From positions 1-44,122 of the forward strand of contig MNGO01000035.1 of assembly GCA_001918765.1 (NCBI GenBank): DNA of 44,122 nucleotides, written 5' to 3'. This stretch comes from Crenarchaeota archaeon 13_1_40CM_3_52_10. Lineage in GTDB: Archaea; Thermoproteota; Bathyarchaeia; 40CM-2-53-6. The position numbers and the translations under genes were made by a program. Under the pieces are notes generated by a model that did no database searches, was not told the origin of the DNA, and saw nothing but the letters and a program-made list of their open reading frames with translations. Positions 33,339 through 41,318 of this stretch are shown here, in pieces; within the stretch, counting starts at the first letter, position 1, and every line of letters starts with the position of its first letter.

Positions 33339-33743
33339 ATGCGACTGTGTCCAAAGTGTAGTACAATTGTCTCCGAGGAGTCTCGTACCTGCGGAGTCTG
33401 TGGCGCCTCCCTTTGGGAGGCACAAAACCGGTCGATTCAAGACGCCACAACGGAAGCCCAGAGGGCCAAGACTGCGGCCGACCAGCATCTGAGAGAAAAG
33501 GAGTTGGCGAGCGCCCGCCGGAGAATAATATCGAGGCTCGTTTTCTACGCTGGGACGGTGGTATTCATTCTTTACGGGTTCTTGCTTCTGTTCTCTTCCA
33601 CCACTTCCCTATTCACAATCGGTATCGTGATCGTCGTAACGGGCTTCGTGATACTGCTGTTCTTCATAATTGGAGCAGGCCCAACTACGCGTCGTTATAG
33701 AGGCCGCTGGTTTGTCTGTCCACAACCTAACCCGCGTCGCTGA
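33339..33743 (+). CDS. Zinc-ribbon protein with two C-terminal TM helices
   Basis: The CxxC...CxxC ribbon is MRLCPKCSTIVSEESRTCGVCGASL. It is followed by two hydrophobic helices. Confidence 0.6.
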   Translation: MRLCPKCSTIVSEESRTCGVCGASLWEAQNRSIQDATTEAQRAKTAADQHLREKELASARRRIISRLVFYAGTVVFILYGFLLLFSSTTSLFTIGIVIVVTGFVILLFFIIGAGPTTRRYRGRWFVCPQPNPRR

Positions 33744-33856
33744 AATAGTTGCCAGAAAACTAGTGATGCATCAGGTATCTTTGGGTCTAGAAAGATTTCC
33801 TAGCAGGAGCAATGCTTAACGTGCGCGAAGTAATACTAGATTATTGCGTTTAGACT

Positions 33857-34081
33857 ATGGGCGAAGAAGACCCTTCAACCTCCAATCCCTTGGGAGAGCC
33901 GGATAGGTTGAGTCCTGACGAAAACGGATCGGGCGACACCCATAAGCTGCCAGACGTCGTTCGCGGTAGAATGTTATGCCTGGTTCACGGCCGTATGTGT
34001 TATCGAAGGATTTCGAAGGTCGGCCTTGGGGAATGGATTTGTCCTGACGAGCGGCATCGAACTCCGATCAGAAGCTCCTAA
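33857..34081 (+). CDS. Hypothetical small protein (possible Cys/His metal site)
   Basis: The ORF is 74 aa with an acidic N-terminus followed by CLVHGRMC...CPDERH. The coding status is uncertain. Confidence 0.25.
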   Translation: MGEEDPSTSNPLGEPDRLSPDENGSGDTHKLPDVVRGRMLCLVHGRMCYRRISKVGLGEWICPDERHRTPIRSS

Positions 34082-34302
34082 GAGAATTCGCCCATCCTAA
34101 CGGCCCATCTATCTCCACTGTTTCTAGGGAATAGTACTTCGATTCGAGGAGCATAAGGAGAATGCTCTTTCCAAAGATATCTGAGGTGACTGTTTAGAGC
34201 GCCTTCACTTGATGCAATCCGATATCCTTTAAGCCATCCCAGAAAAGAGAGTTTCCAGCGCGGGTCATCTATGGTCATAAGGTCGTTTTTCCGAATAGTC
34301 AT
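34078..34302 (-). CDS. Hypothetical small protein
   Basis: The ORF is 74 aa with ordinary composition (DPRWKLSFLGWLKGYRIASSEG). It overlaps both neighbours by a few nt. Confidence 0.3.
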   Translation of the reverse strand: MTIRKNDLMTIDDPRWKLSFLGWLKGYRIASSEGALNSHLRYLWKEHSPYAPRIEVLFPRNSGDRWAVRMGEFS

Positions 34303-34828
34303 CTCTCTGGTGGGCGCGGTTCTTCCTTTCCTCTTCCTGTCTGGCTCTTACTCGCCGCTCGGATCCTATCTTCCCAGCTTACTGAACTTGTTTGGTAAAG
34401 AGAGCTCATTGGGAAACCTTCTCGGAATACAGGCGACTCCAGTTTTGCCGATCGGGGCGGCGGGGCTGACCGGGTTCGCGACGTACAATGTCTTGCAACG
34501 CGTCTTGAGAACAGCACAAGCTGCGACTTACTCGCCACCGAACATGGATATGTCGCAGATGATGCGTCAGGTCCAAAACATGATGCCTGCAGGGATCGGC
34601 GTGTGGCGAGAAACCGCCGGTCCAATGAACTTGCCGAATGATATGACCCGGTCGCAGTACTTGATATTGACAAAATACCAACAGGGCTTCGGGAAGCCAA
34701 AGGAGATCGCAAAAAATCTCTCAATGGACAAGAACCACGTTGAGAAGGAGACGAATGCTTTGAAAACGAACGGCTATCTCACTGGAAAAAACAAGCTCAC
34801 GTCCAAAGCCCTCGAAACATTCTCGTAA
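34271..34828 (+). CDS. Membrane-associated protein with C-terminal winged-helix (MarR-like) domain
   Basis: The N-terminal region is hydrophobic (IVISLVGAVLPFLFL, PVLPIGAAGLTGFATY). The C-terminus, MTRSQYLILTKYQQGFGKPKEIAKNLSMDKNHVEKETNALKTNGYLTGK, looks like a wHTH. The start is uncertain. Confidence 0.5.
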   Translation: MVIRSFFRIVISLVGAVLPFLFLSGSYSPLGSYLPSLLNLFGKESSLGNLLGIQATPVLPIGAAGLTGFATYNVLQRVLRTAQAATYSPPNMDMSQMMRQVQNMMPAGIGVWRETAGPMNLPNDMTRSQYLILTKYQQGFGKPKEIAKNLSMDKNHVEKETNALKTNGYLTGKNKLTSKALETFS

Positions 34829-34839
34829 CTGCGTACGGG

Positions 34840-34847
34840 TTTTTTTT
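34840..34847 (+). terminator. Oligo-T (T8) archaeal-type terminator
   Basis: GGGTTTTTTTTG lies 12 nt after the TAA at 34826-34828. Confidence 0.45.
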
Positions 34848-34924
34848 GTGCGCCAGGTGACTTGTATCTTTATCCGTTGGGCGTCCCTGAGCAGAACTGT
34901 CCAATAGCATGTCCCAGAATCTAT

Positions 34925-35686
34925 TCATGTCCGGAGTGTTGTTACTGCTTCCAACACAACTTCCTCTGCTTTCTTCAAGGCGTCAGCCAGCTCTGGTCGG
35001 CCAATAGCAGGCCTCCAGTCTCTCCATAGCTCATCGCTCACTACCAAGAAATTGCAGACCTCTACATTCCGATACACGCCTAGGCCGTACATCGCGGAGG
35101 TTTCCATGTCCACACCTAAGATGTCTCGTAGTCGATAGTTCTCGATCGTGGTCACCATCTCCCTGTAAGGCGCGTCGGTAGTCCAGAGGGGACCCGTGTA
35201 TGCCACAACACCCTTCTTGACACGCGCTTTCTCAAGTGCCCGGACCAGCCGCTGGGCTGGACGAAGCCCCTCATCACTCGACAAATAGTGACGCGATGTC
35301 CCTTCTTCCCTAATACAAGAGGTTGGAATGAAACAGGTCCCGACTGGCGCCTCAGGCTGAATACTACCGGCTAGTCCAAGTCCCAAGAAAATCCTTGTCC
35401 CGCAAGCGATCAACTCCTCCATGACCATGACCGTCGCAGGCGCGCCCAACGGAAGACAAACGATAGAAACTTTCTTTCCATCAATCTCACCGTTGTACAA
35501 GGGAAATCGTGGTCCCCACCACCATGAGGGGGAGGACACGGCGCCAACTCTCTCGGCTAGAGACTTGACAGTACCAAGGTCCCAGGAGCCAACGACGATA
35601 GGAGCGATCCCAACTTGTTCGACAGAGACTCCCCGCTGGGACGCCCAGAACTCCACAGCAATGCCAGCTGAGAGGTGTTCGCTCAT
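34925..35686 (-). CDS. PNP/UDP-family nucleoside phosphorylase (uridine/purine/MTA phosphorylase-like)
   Basis: The ORF is 253 aa. It has the family motif GVDMETSAMYG and an EEGTSRHY phosphate/ribose site context. Confidence 0.8.
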   Translation of the reverse strand: MSEHLSAGIAVEFWASQRGVSVEQVGIAPIVVGSWDLGTVKSLAERVGAVSSPSWWWGPRFPLYNGEIDGKKVSIVCLPLGAPATVMVMEELIACGTRIFLGLGLAGSIQPEAPVGTCFIPTSCIREEGTSRHYLSSDEGLRPAQRLVRALEKARVKKGVVAYTGPLWTTDAPYREMVTTIENYRLRDILGVDMETSAMYGLGVYRNVEVCNFLVVSDELWRDWRPAIGRPELADALKKAEEVVLEAVTTLRT

Positions 35687-35778
35687 GGAATTGACAACTT
35701 ACTATCAGTGATAGGCTTTGCGAGCATTGTTTTTCAACATCAGCTTAGGTTAAGATTGGTAGAGAAGCTGCGTCTCGA

Positions 35779-36456
35779 ATGAAACTTGCAGTTCTGAGCG
35801 ACTTCGATGGCACTGTTACGCTCAACGACACGTTCGAGAATGTTCTAGCAAGATTCGGAAAAGGTGACTGGAGAACCGTCGATGAGCAGTATGTAAGAGG
35901 GGAGATCACACTTGAGGAATGTGTCCGGCGACAAGGTGCCATGGTCCGGGTCTCAAGCTCCCAGATATTGGGGTACTTAGATGGAGTAACCGAGTTCAGG
36001 CCCAACTTCGACAAGCTCATCGAATTCTGCCAGGCAAACCACTTCCCAATCGTAATAGTCAGCGCCGGCCTTGATTTCGTTATCAAGCATTTTCTAACGC
36101 GCGAGATGTTCCGAGACAAGGTGGAATTGTGCGCGGCGTCGGCGAAGGCTACGCCAACGGGTATCAAATTCAAATGGCCCAAGCCGAAAAGTAACCGGTC
36201 AATGAACTTCAAAGACGACATGGTCAGGTACTACAAGCAGAAAGCGGACAGCGTCGCCTACGTTGGAGATGGGAGATGGGATCTTCACGCGTTAAGAAAC
36301 GCGGACCGCCGATTCGTTATCAGGAATTCAAAGCTTGCAGAGCTGTGCAAAGAACAAGAGATCCAGGCGACGACAATCATCGACTTCCAAGAAGTGGTCA
36401 TCTCGCTTCAGAAGCAAATGGCCGAGCGAGATATTCGGAAAGGAAACAGTGAATAG
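35779..36456 (+). CDS. HAD-IB phosphatase, MtnX / phosphoserine-phosphatase-like
   Basis: The ORF is 225 aa. Motif I is VLSDFDGTVTLNDT and motif III is YVGDGRWDL. The cap region GEITLEECVRRQ resembles MtnX-type enzymes. Confidence 0.7.
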   Translation: MKLAVLSDFDGTVTLNDTFENVLARFGKGDWRTVDEQYVRGEITLEECVRRQGAMVRVSSSQILGYLDGVTEFRPNFDKLIEFCQANHFPIVIVSAGLDFVIKHFLTREMFRDKVELCAASAKATPTGIKFKWPKPKSNRSMNFKDDMVRYYKQKADSVAYVGDGRWDLHALRNADRRFVIRNSKLAELCKEQEIQATTIIDFQEVVISLQKQMAERDIRKGNSE

Positions 36457-36979
36457 GGATACCTCCATTCGGCCCTTCAATTGTGTCTTCAGGTGGGACC
36501 TGTCCACCTTCAATTACCAAGATCCCACTCAAACCGCAGAGACGCGAGTTAGGCTTGCACTAGAGAACGAGATAGGTTCGGCGGCTGAACTATGGTACGA
36601 TGGTCTCAGTAGGGAAGAAGGTTCTCCTTGGGAGAGCTATCTGAAGAAATGGACGCCCGCTAGCGCTGCAAAGTGGTTTCTAGACTCGAAGAAACGACTA
36701 GGCACGAAGATGTTGGTCCCCGAGCAGCAAGAGGTGATCGTTGGAGTCAACGGGATAATCTCCGAGAAAAACTCGGGTAAAGGTCGGTTCTTCACGGGAA
36801 TAGTCGTCTCGCCCAATTATCGAAGACGAGGAATCGGTTCTCTACTATTGCACAAGACCCTGTCGGACCTGAAGAAAGAGGGCCTTCGATGCGCGGAAGT
36901 GGAAACCATCCAAGGAATACCCGCGGCGAAATATCTCTATCCGAAACATGGAGGAAAGAGCATCCAGGTCCCCGCGTAG
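36449..36979 (+). CDS. GNAT-family N-acetyltransferase
   Basis: Motif A is VVSPNYRRRGIGSLLLHKT. The track start 36335 lies inside the upstream gene. GTG 36449 overlaps the upstream stop (GTGAATAG) and gives a normal GNAT length. Confidence 0.7.
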   Translation: MNRDTSIRPFNCVFRWDLSTFNYQDPTQTAETRVRLALENEIGSAAELWYDGLSREEGSPWESYLKKWTPASAAKWFLDSKKRLGTKMLVPEQQEVIVGVNGIISEKNSGKGRFFTGIVVSPNYRRRGIGSLLLHKTLSDLKKEGLRCAEVETIQGIPAAKYLYPKHGGKSIQVPA

Positions 36980-36998
36980 GGGCACATGCTCTTTCTGA

Positions 36999-37406
36999 CT
37001 ACGACTCAGATTGTAATTCTTGTTTAGTCCTGTTTGCCTTGTCCGTAAGGATGTCTATCGCGTCCTCTAGCCTCTTGCATTTCTCTTTCTCTGAGAAGAG
37101 GGCTGCAAGTAGCTCGTTGATCTTGCTGAGCGCATAATCCATACTTCTATTGATCTGGCCCAACGGGGCATAGTCTAGGCGGCGGGGCATAGTTGCGAAG
37201 AGCTGTCGTTGGGCCGCGTTGATCTCGCTCATCTTGGCGTTATCGGTGGCGCCGAGCCAGGTTACTTCTCGCGCGGTCTTCAGACTCTCGTATAATTGGT
37301 TTTGTAGCTCGATGTATGCGTTCCAGTAGACGAGCCAGGACTCGTTGAACTCGTCAAACGTTTGCTCTATCCGCTTATTCTTCTCCGCGTTCGAACTAGC
37401 TGACAA
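36999..37406 (-). CDS. Hypothetical all-helical protein (faint phasin/PhaE-like look)
   Basis: The ORF is 135 aa and heptad-rich. The segment MPRRLDYAPLGQINRSMDYALSKINEL is reminiscent of PHA-granule protein motifs, but this is unverified. Confidence 0.4.
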   Translation of the reverse strand: MSASSNAEKNKRIEQTFDEFNESWLVYWNAYIELQNQLYESLKTAREVTWLGATDNAKMSEINAAQRQLFATMPRRLDYAPLGQINRSMDYALSKINELLAALFSEKEKCKRLEDAIDILTDKANRTKQELQSES

Positions 37407-37482
37407 TGGTGGTGATGGAAAGAGACCGCGTCCGGTAAATGTGTTGCGGGGTCAAGTAGCGACTGTTTATGAGTAACTATGC

Positions 37483-37668
37483 TTGGCCCACCGATTGGTA
37501 ATCTTAGTGGAACATGTTTGCGACAGGTGCGGTGGTCAGTTCGAATACAGTGAACTCAATTCTCAGGAAAAACAGATCCTCGACTCGTCTGGGAAATGGA
37601 AGACGGAGCGAAGCTATCGATGTTTTGATTGCGAGAAAGAAGCCTTACTCGGACAAGGCCCAGCCTGA
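37483..37668 (+). CDS. Small zinc-ribbon protein
   Basis: The ORF is 61 aa with CDRCGG ... CFDCE (two CxxC knuckles) and a TTG start. Confidence 0.45.
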   Translation: MAHRLVILVEHVCDRCGGQFEYSELNSQEKQILDSSGKWKTERSYRCFDCEKEALLGQGPA

Positions 37669-37702
37669 TCTGATGGACAGACTCGGGCTTCGTTATCGAG
37701 CC

Positions 37703-37879
37703 CTATCTCTTCTTGAGTGCGGCGGACTCGACCTTGCCATGGACCCTTACGGTTCCAACTCGCAAGGATGAAGTTGCGAGCTCCATTGTCACGTCGAAAT
37801 TGAATGCGTAGTCTTTCTCAGCCATTTTCTCCAAAACCTCCGCAAGAGAGGACGGAGATGATCCATTCTTCTGAGGCAT
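37703..37879 (-). CDS. Hypothetical 58-aa protein (below the ORF-track cutoff)
   Basis: Hand translation gives MPQKNGSSPSSLAEVLEKMAEKDYAFNFDVTMELATSSLRVGTVRVHGKVESAALKKR, with ATG start and TAG stop. The composition is plausible, but no family was recognised. Confidence 0.25.
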   Translation of the reverse strand: MPQKNGSSPSSLAEVLEKMAEKDYAFNFDVTMELATSSLRVGTVRVHGKVESAALKKR

Positions 37880-38103
37880 GATGACCGAGTTTGCTATCCT
37901 CGTCTTGAGTATAAAGTTCTATGGAATGGTACTCTTGAGCAAATTCCTGTTTCGTACGGTCCTCGCCTATCACGAGAGAAAGGTAGTTTTCGATTGTCCG
38001 GGAATATTTCGAGGAAAGAGACCTCTCTGTTTCTGATGAGCTCGGCAGGAAGGCCGCGGAAGCTGTCCGGCAAGACCCTTAAGGCCGTTTTTTCAGGCCC
38101 AGA

Positions 38104-38490
38104 TTGTTGACAATCAAGAGGCCTCTACTGCAATTCCTACTTTTGAGCGTAGTCCCGTACGCAGTTGGCCTCACTGCGGTTGAACTGTCTTCCCTTTACA
38201 CGGTAACCACGGTAACTCCTCCAGGAGTATGCAATAGCGTGTTTCAAGATTCGCAATCGGGCTACCCGGAACCCTTCATCGGGTCCTTCGATATGTTGCA
38301 CTATACCAATCCATGTACGGCTCTGTTTGTTTTCCATGAATCCCTCGATGATTGGAGAGCATTTGGGCTCGACTTGATGTTCTATGTCGAGGTCTACTAC
38401 GCGATAGCCTTGGGCGTCCTAGCTTTGTCGAGATTGACTGGAGAGAGGGGACACCTCGATTGCTTTACGCACCAAGTTGGACAGCAATAG
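38104..38490 (+). CDS. Hypothetical membrane protein (possibly the 5' part of a frameshifted gene)
   Basis: The ORF is 128 aa with an N-terminal TM (LLQFLLLSVVPYAVGLTAV) and a second TM (VYYAIALGVLAL). It overlaps the next ORF in another frame. Confidence 0.35.
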   Translation: MLTIKRPLLQFLLLSVVPYAVGLTAVELSSLYTVTTVTPPGVCNSVFQDSQSGYPEPFIGSFDMLHYTNPCTALFVFHESLDDWRAFGLDLMFYVEVYYAIALGVLALSRLTGERGHLDCFTHQVGQQ

Positions 38491-38900
38491 GTGCTACCAG
38501 CAAGAGCTCTGTTTTCTCGAGGCATCTAACCGAGTTGCTCCTCATAGTCTCAACGAGCGGCTTCGTTTCAATGATGACAGTATACCTTTCGCAGTCTCCT
38601 ATTTTTCTCTTCGATGCAACTAGTATTGCCGCCTCTCAAATTCAAATTCTGGCGTCATCATTGGTCTTTCTGATTCCACTTTCTCTGAGCTTAGTTCTAA
38701 CTGTCAGGGGCAAGACGGGAGGTGTAGTAGTAATCTGGATCGGTCTACTCCTTGCCACTTCCTTCGCATACGCAATGCCTCTAATCACTGTTCAAAGGTA
38801 CTCTGCTCAATGTAATGGAACTTATGCCGAGTGGCAGTCACTTGGCTACCGACTATTTGGCGTGGGACTTCGCACTGAAGGTGTTTTCTGCGAGTCGTGA
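38352..38900 (+). CDS. Hypothetical membrane protein (the first ~45 codons are probably not real)
   Basis: Three or four hydrophobic helices start from ~38530. The R-rich N-terminal part overlaps 38104-38490. The internal ATG at 38571 would cut a helix. Confidence 0.35.
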   Translation: MESIWARLDVLCRGLLRDSLGRPSFVEIDWREGTPRLLYAPSWTAIGATSKSSVFSRHLTELLLIVSTSGFVSMMTVYLSQSPIFLFDATSIAASQIQILASSLVFLIPLSLSLVLTVRGKTGGVVVIWIGLLLATSFAYAMPLITVQRYSAQCNGTYAEWQSLGYRLFGVGLRTEGVFCES

Positions 38901-38977
38901 AGTACCCTTGCTAATCTCCTAAGTTAGCTCTCGCCATATCTTACCGGAACTTGCACGGTTTCTAAACCCAGATCCTT

Positions 38978-40492
38978 CTAGGCTAGGGCGTCGTTGTATA
39001 ATGCGTCGAGTACCGAGTAGGCTTCCTCGGGAGTCGAGGGGTTCGCTGGCAGAATATCCTCTGCTATGGACCGTTCAAGTATCTGGCGTATGCAATACCG
39101 GAGCTTAGTTGGGGTCAAACTGGCTTCCACGTTCCACATGGGATGGTCCATGTTGACAAAGACGGTTCGAACCCCGTTCTTATCAGTCTCAACATATGCC
39201 TGACCACGATCTCCACCGTGAGCGATATCGAAGGCTAACACCTGGTCCTTTAGATGTATGACGCTGCGGGTAGCGTCTCTAGAATGTGTCTTCGACTTCC
39301 GGTCTTTCCTGTGTCCAGACCCGTTCTCCTTCTTCGGCACATAGTTCGATGCATGACTAACTTTTGACGGTGCTTTCGCTTTGATCATTGCTTTCGAGAT
39401 GATCTCGATGTTTCGTCGGAGACTACGCCGTAGCCTCTCTGCAATCTCGCGATTGAGATATTGTATGCTGCGGAGTTCTCTGCGGCTGGCGGTCTGTCTG
39501 AGGAACTTGTAGACCCTATTCCGAACAAACCCGCGCATGGCCTTCTCGAACACTCTCCACTGCGCACTATCTCTCTCGAACTCGTTACCACCCGGCAATC
39601 GTCGGAGGAAGTCTGCGTTAACCCAGCCCTGTATACGGCTAAGCCCATGAATACGATACTGATCCAAGCCGAAGAACTGGTGTTGCAGACATGTGATGTG
39701 TTTCTGTTGGACACTCATACCAGCCTCAGATATTCCGGCACGTGTCTTCGAAATGGGAAGGATCAAGACTTCGCCAGTAATCTTCCCGTATTCTGTGGCA
39801 ATATTGACGGGGAGGAGGGTTGCGCCGCGGAGTTCTTCAGGCTTCACCGTCTCACCATTGACGAGGACTTCGAATGGCCCGTATCCCCGCAGGGCAAGGA
39901 CGTTCGCTCTCGCCAAAAGTGCTCTGCGGACTTCTCCGGAGTCAGTTTTCTTCGTCAACGATCGGATCCTGATTCTCAGACCATCATGGTCCAGCGGTGC
40001 CTGGATTACACGTAGGGGCCTCCATGTGGACTGGTCGGTCGGGGCCCAGTGACGATCGATAAGGCTCTCTGTCAACATGATCGTCCGATCGAAACGCCCT
40101 TTGTGAACCTGGAGCTCCAGCTCGCGACCTAGAGTTAGCCAGGCGAGACTGCCCATACCATATGATTCGCGGATCGGGCGTTTGTATTTTGGCGAGAAAC
40201 CTTCGCCGGTTGTTTTTCCTTTGGTGAGAAATTCGCGTAGACCGTCGAGGTCCATTCCGTGGCCCCATTCCTCGTATTCGATCTGAGAGCCTGAGTCGGC
40301 AACCTTGATTTCGACCCTTGTTGCTTCGCCCCACATCCACGAGTTGACAACAAGCTCGACGAAAAACTGCGCCGCATCCGTATACTGTCGTCCAAGGGTC
40401 TTAATGATGCTCTTGTGAGTAGAGACCTGCAGGTCTTCGTCGACTATCGAGTGTACTGCTCTCGCTGAATGCACTGATCGTCTTGATGCCAA
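38978..40492 (-). CDS. Divergent GHKL (Bergerat-fold, HATPase_c_3/MORC-like) ATPase with an uncharacterised C-terminal region
   Basis: The ORF is 504 aa with a TTG start. The N-box is FVELVVNSWMWGEA, G1 is EEWGHGMD (Glu where the canonical Asp sits) and G2 is ESYGMGSLAWLTLG. It continues with an R-rich helix, a K/S/R-rich linker and a C-terminal helical domain. Confidence 0.65.
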   Translation of the reverse strand: MASRRSVHSARAVHSIVDEDLQVSTHKSIIKTLGRQYTDAAQFFVELVVNSWMWGEATRVEIKVADSGSQIEYEEWGHGMDLDGLREFLTKGKTTGEGFSPKYKRPIRESYGMGSLAWLTLGRELELQVHKGRFDRTIMLTESLIDRHWAPTDQSTWRPLRVIQAPLDHDGLRIRIRSLTKKTDSGEVRRALLARANVLALRGYGPFEVLVNGETVKPEELRGATLLPVNIATEYGKITGEVLILPISKTRAGISEAGMSVQQKHITCLQHQFFGLDQYRIHGLSRIQGWVNADFLRRLPGGNEFERDSAQWRVFEKAMRGFVRNRVYKFLRQTASRRELRSIQYLNREIAERLRRSLRRNIEIISKAMIKAKAPSKVSHASNYVPKKENGSGHRKDRKSKTHSRDATRSVIHLKDQVLAFDIAHGGDRGQAYVETDKNGVRTVFVNMDHPMWNVEASLTPTKLRYCIRQILERSIAEDILPANPSTPEEAYSVLDALYNDALA

Positions 40493-40586
40493 GGGTCTTG
40501 GTCTTTGTCGTATGGAAAGTCGGCCGGATAATGGACTAGTGTAACCGGTCTCAAGAAAGAATGGGAAATAATCGAGCTACTTCTAG

Positions 40587-41228
40587 CTAGCGCGACCCGG
40601 CTTTCCTAGTAACTTCTTTCGCAGGCTCCGGGGTATCTGGGAAAAGGTCCTTCGGCATTCCGGATAGAACATCAGACAGCGAATCTCGACCCATTTGTCC
40701 CTGGCCGCCGGTCTGGAAGGGTCGAACCCTGTTGAACAAATCGTCGATCTTGTTTGCCATCTTCATCTTCTCGTTTATCCTCCCATCAAGCTCTTGACCG
40801 TCCGCTTCCAGTTGTTGCACTCTAGGCGCGAGTCCTTCTATTCCCTTTGAAACTTCAAGCATTCCGTTGACCGTGGCGAGTGACGATCTCAAACTGGTAA
40901 TTTCTTTCTGCATCGCTTCTCGGTAACTGCGGAGCCTTTCGAGAATAGGTTGGTAGAGGCGGAGGAAGTCGACCATAAGACTCTCGAACTGACGAATAGC
41001 GAGGGTGAATTTTTCTTCTCGCTTCTTCTCGGCAAACTGTTTCGCTGTACCTAAAAGCTTCTCGCGGAGAGCAACCCTCTCAATAACATCATCCAATACT
41101 TCTCGTACATTGTACGACTCATCAAACACTGTCTCACGCATTGACCGTCGATGTTCCTCACAAAGAGCCTGAGCATTAAGAGACACGTCACTCGCGATCG
41201 CGAAATACAGTAGCACTCGTCTGCTCAA
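40587..41228 (-). CDS. Hypothetical coiled-coil protein
   Basis: The ORF is 213 aa with a TTG start, almost entirely helical and heptad-rich (LRSYREAMQKEITSLRSSLATVNGMLEV..., QQLEADGQELDGRINEKMKMANKIDDL). The C-terminus is G/Q-rich and looks disordered. Confidence 0.5.
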   Translation of the reverse strand: MSRRVLLYFAIASDVSLNAQALCEEHRRSMRETVFDESYNVREVLDDVIERVALREKLLGTAKQFAEKKREEKFTLAIRQFESLMVDFLRLYQPILERLRSYREAMQKEITSLRSSLATVNGMLEVSKGIEGLAPRVQQLEADGQELDGRINEKMKMANKIDDLFNRVRPFQTGGQGQMGRDSLSDVLSGMPKDLFPDTPEPAKEVTRKAGSR

Positions 41229-41318
41229 TAGGTCACGTACTGCTCAATGCTTCCTTTAATGATCATACCCAGCATCCGTGCTGACAAAAAGAAGGTCAAG
41301 GAGATGAACCCGCATCAG

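Noticed and set aside
38978-40492. The GHKL ATPase could be topoisomerase VI subunit B or MutL.
   Set aside because: There is no adjacent top6A/Spo11-like gene. The region after the Bergerat fold shows no H2TH/transducer-like or MutL-like pattern. The N-box and G1 contexts are also far from those families.
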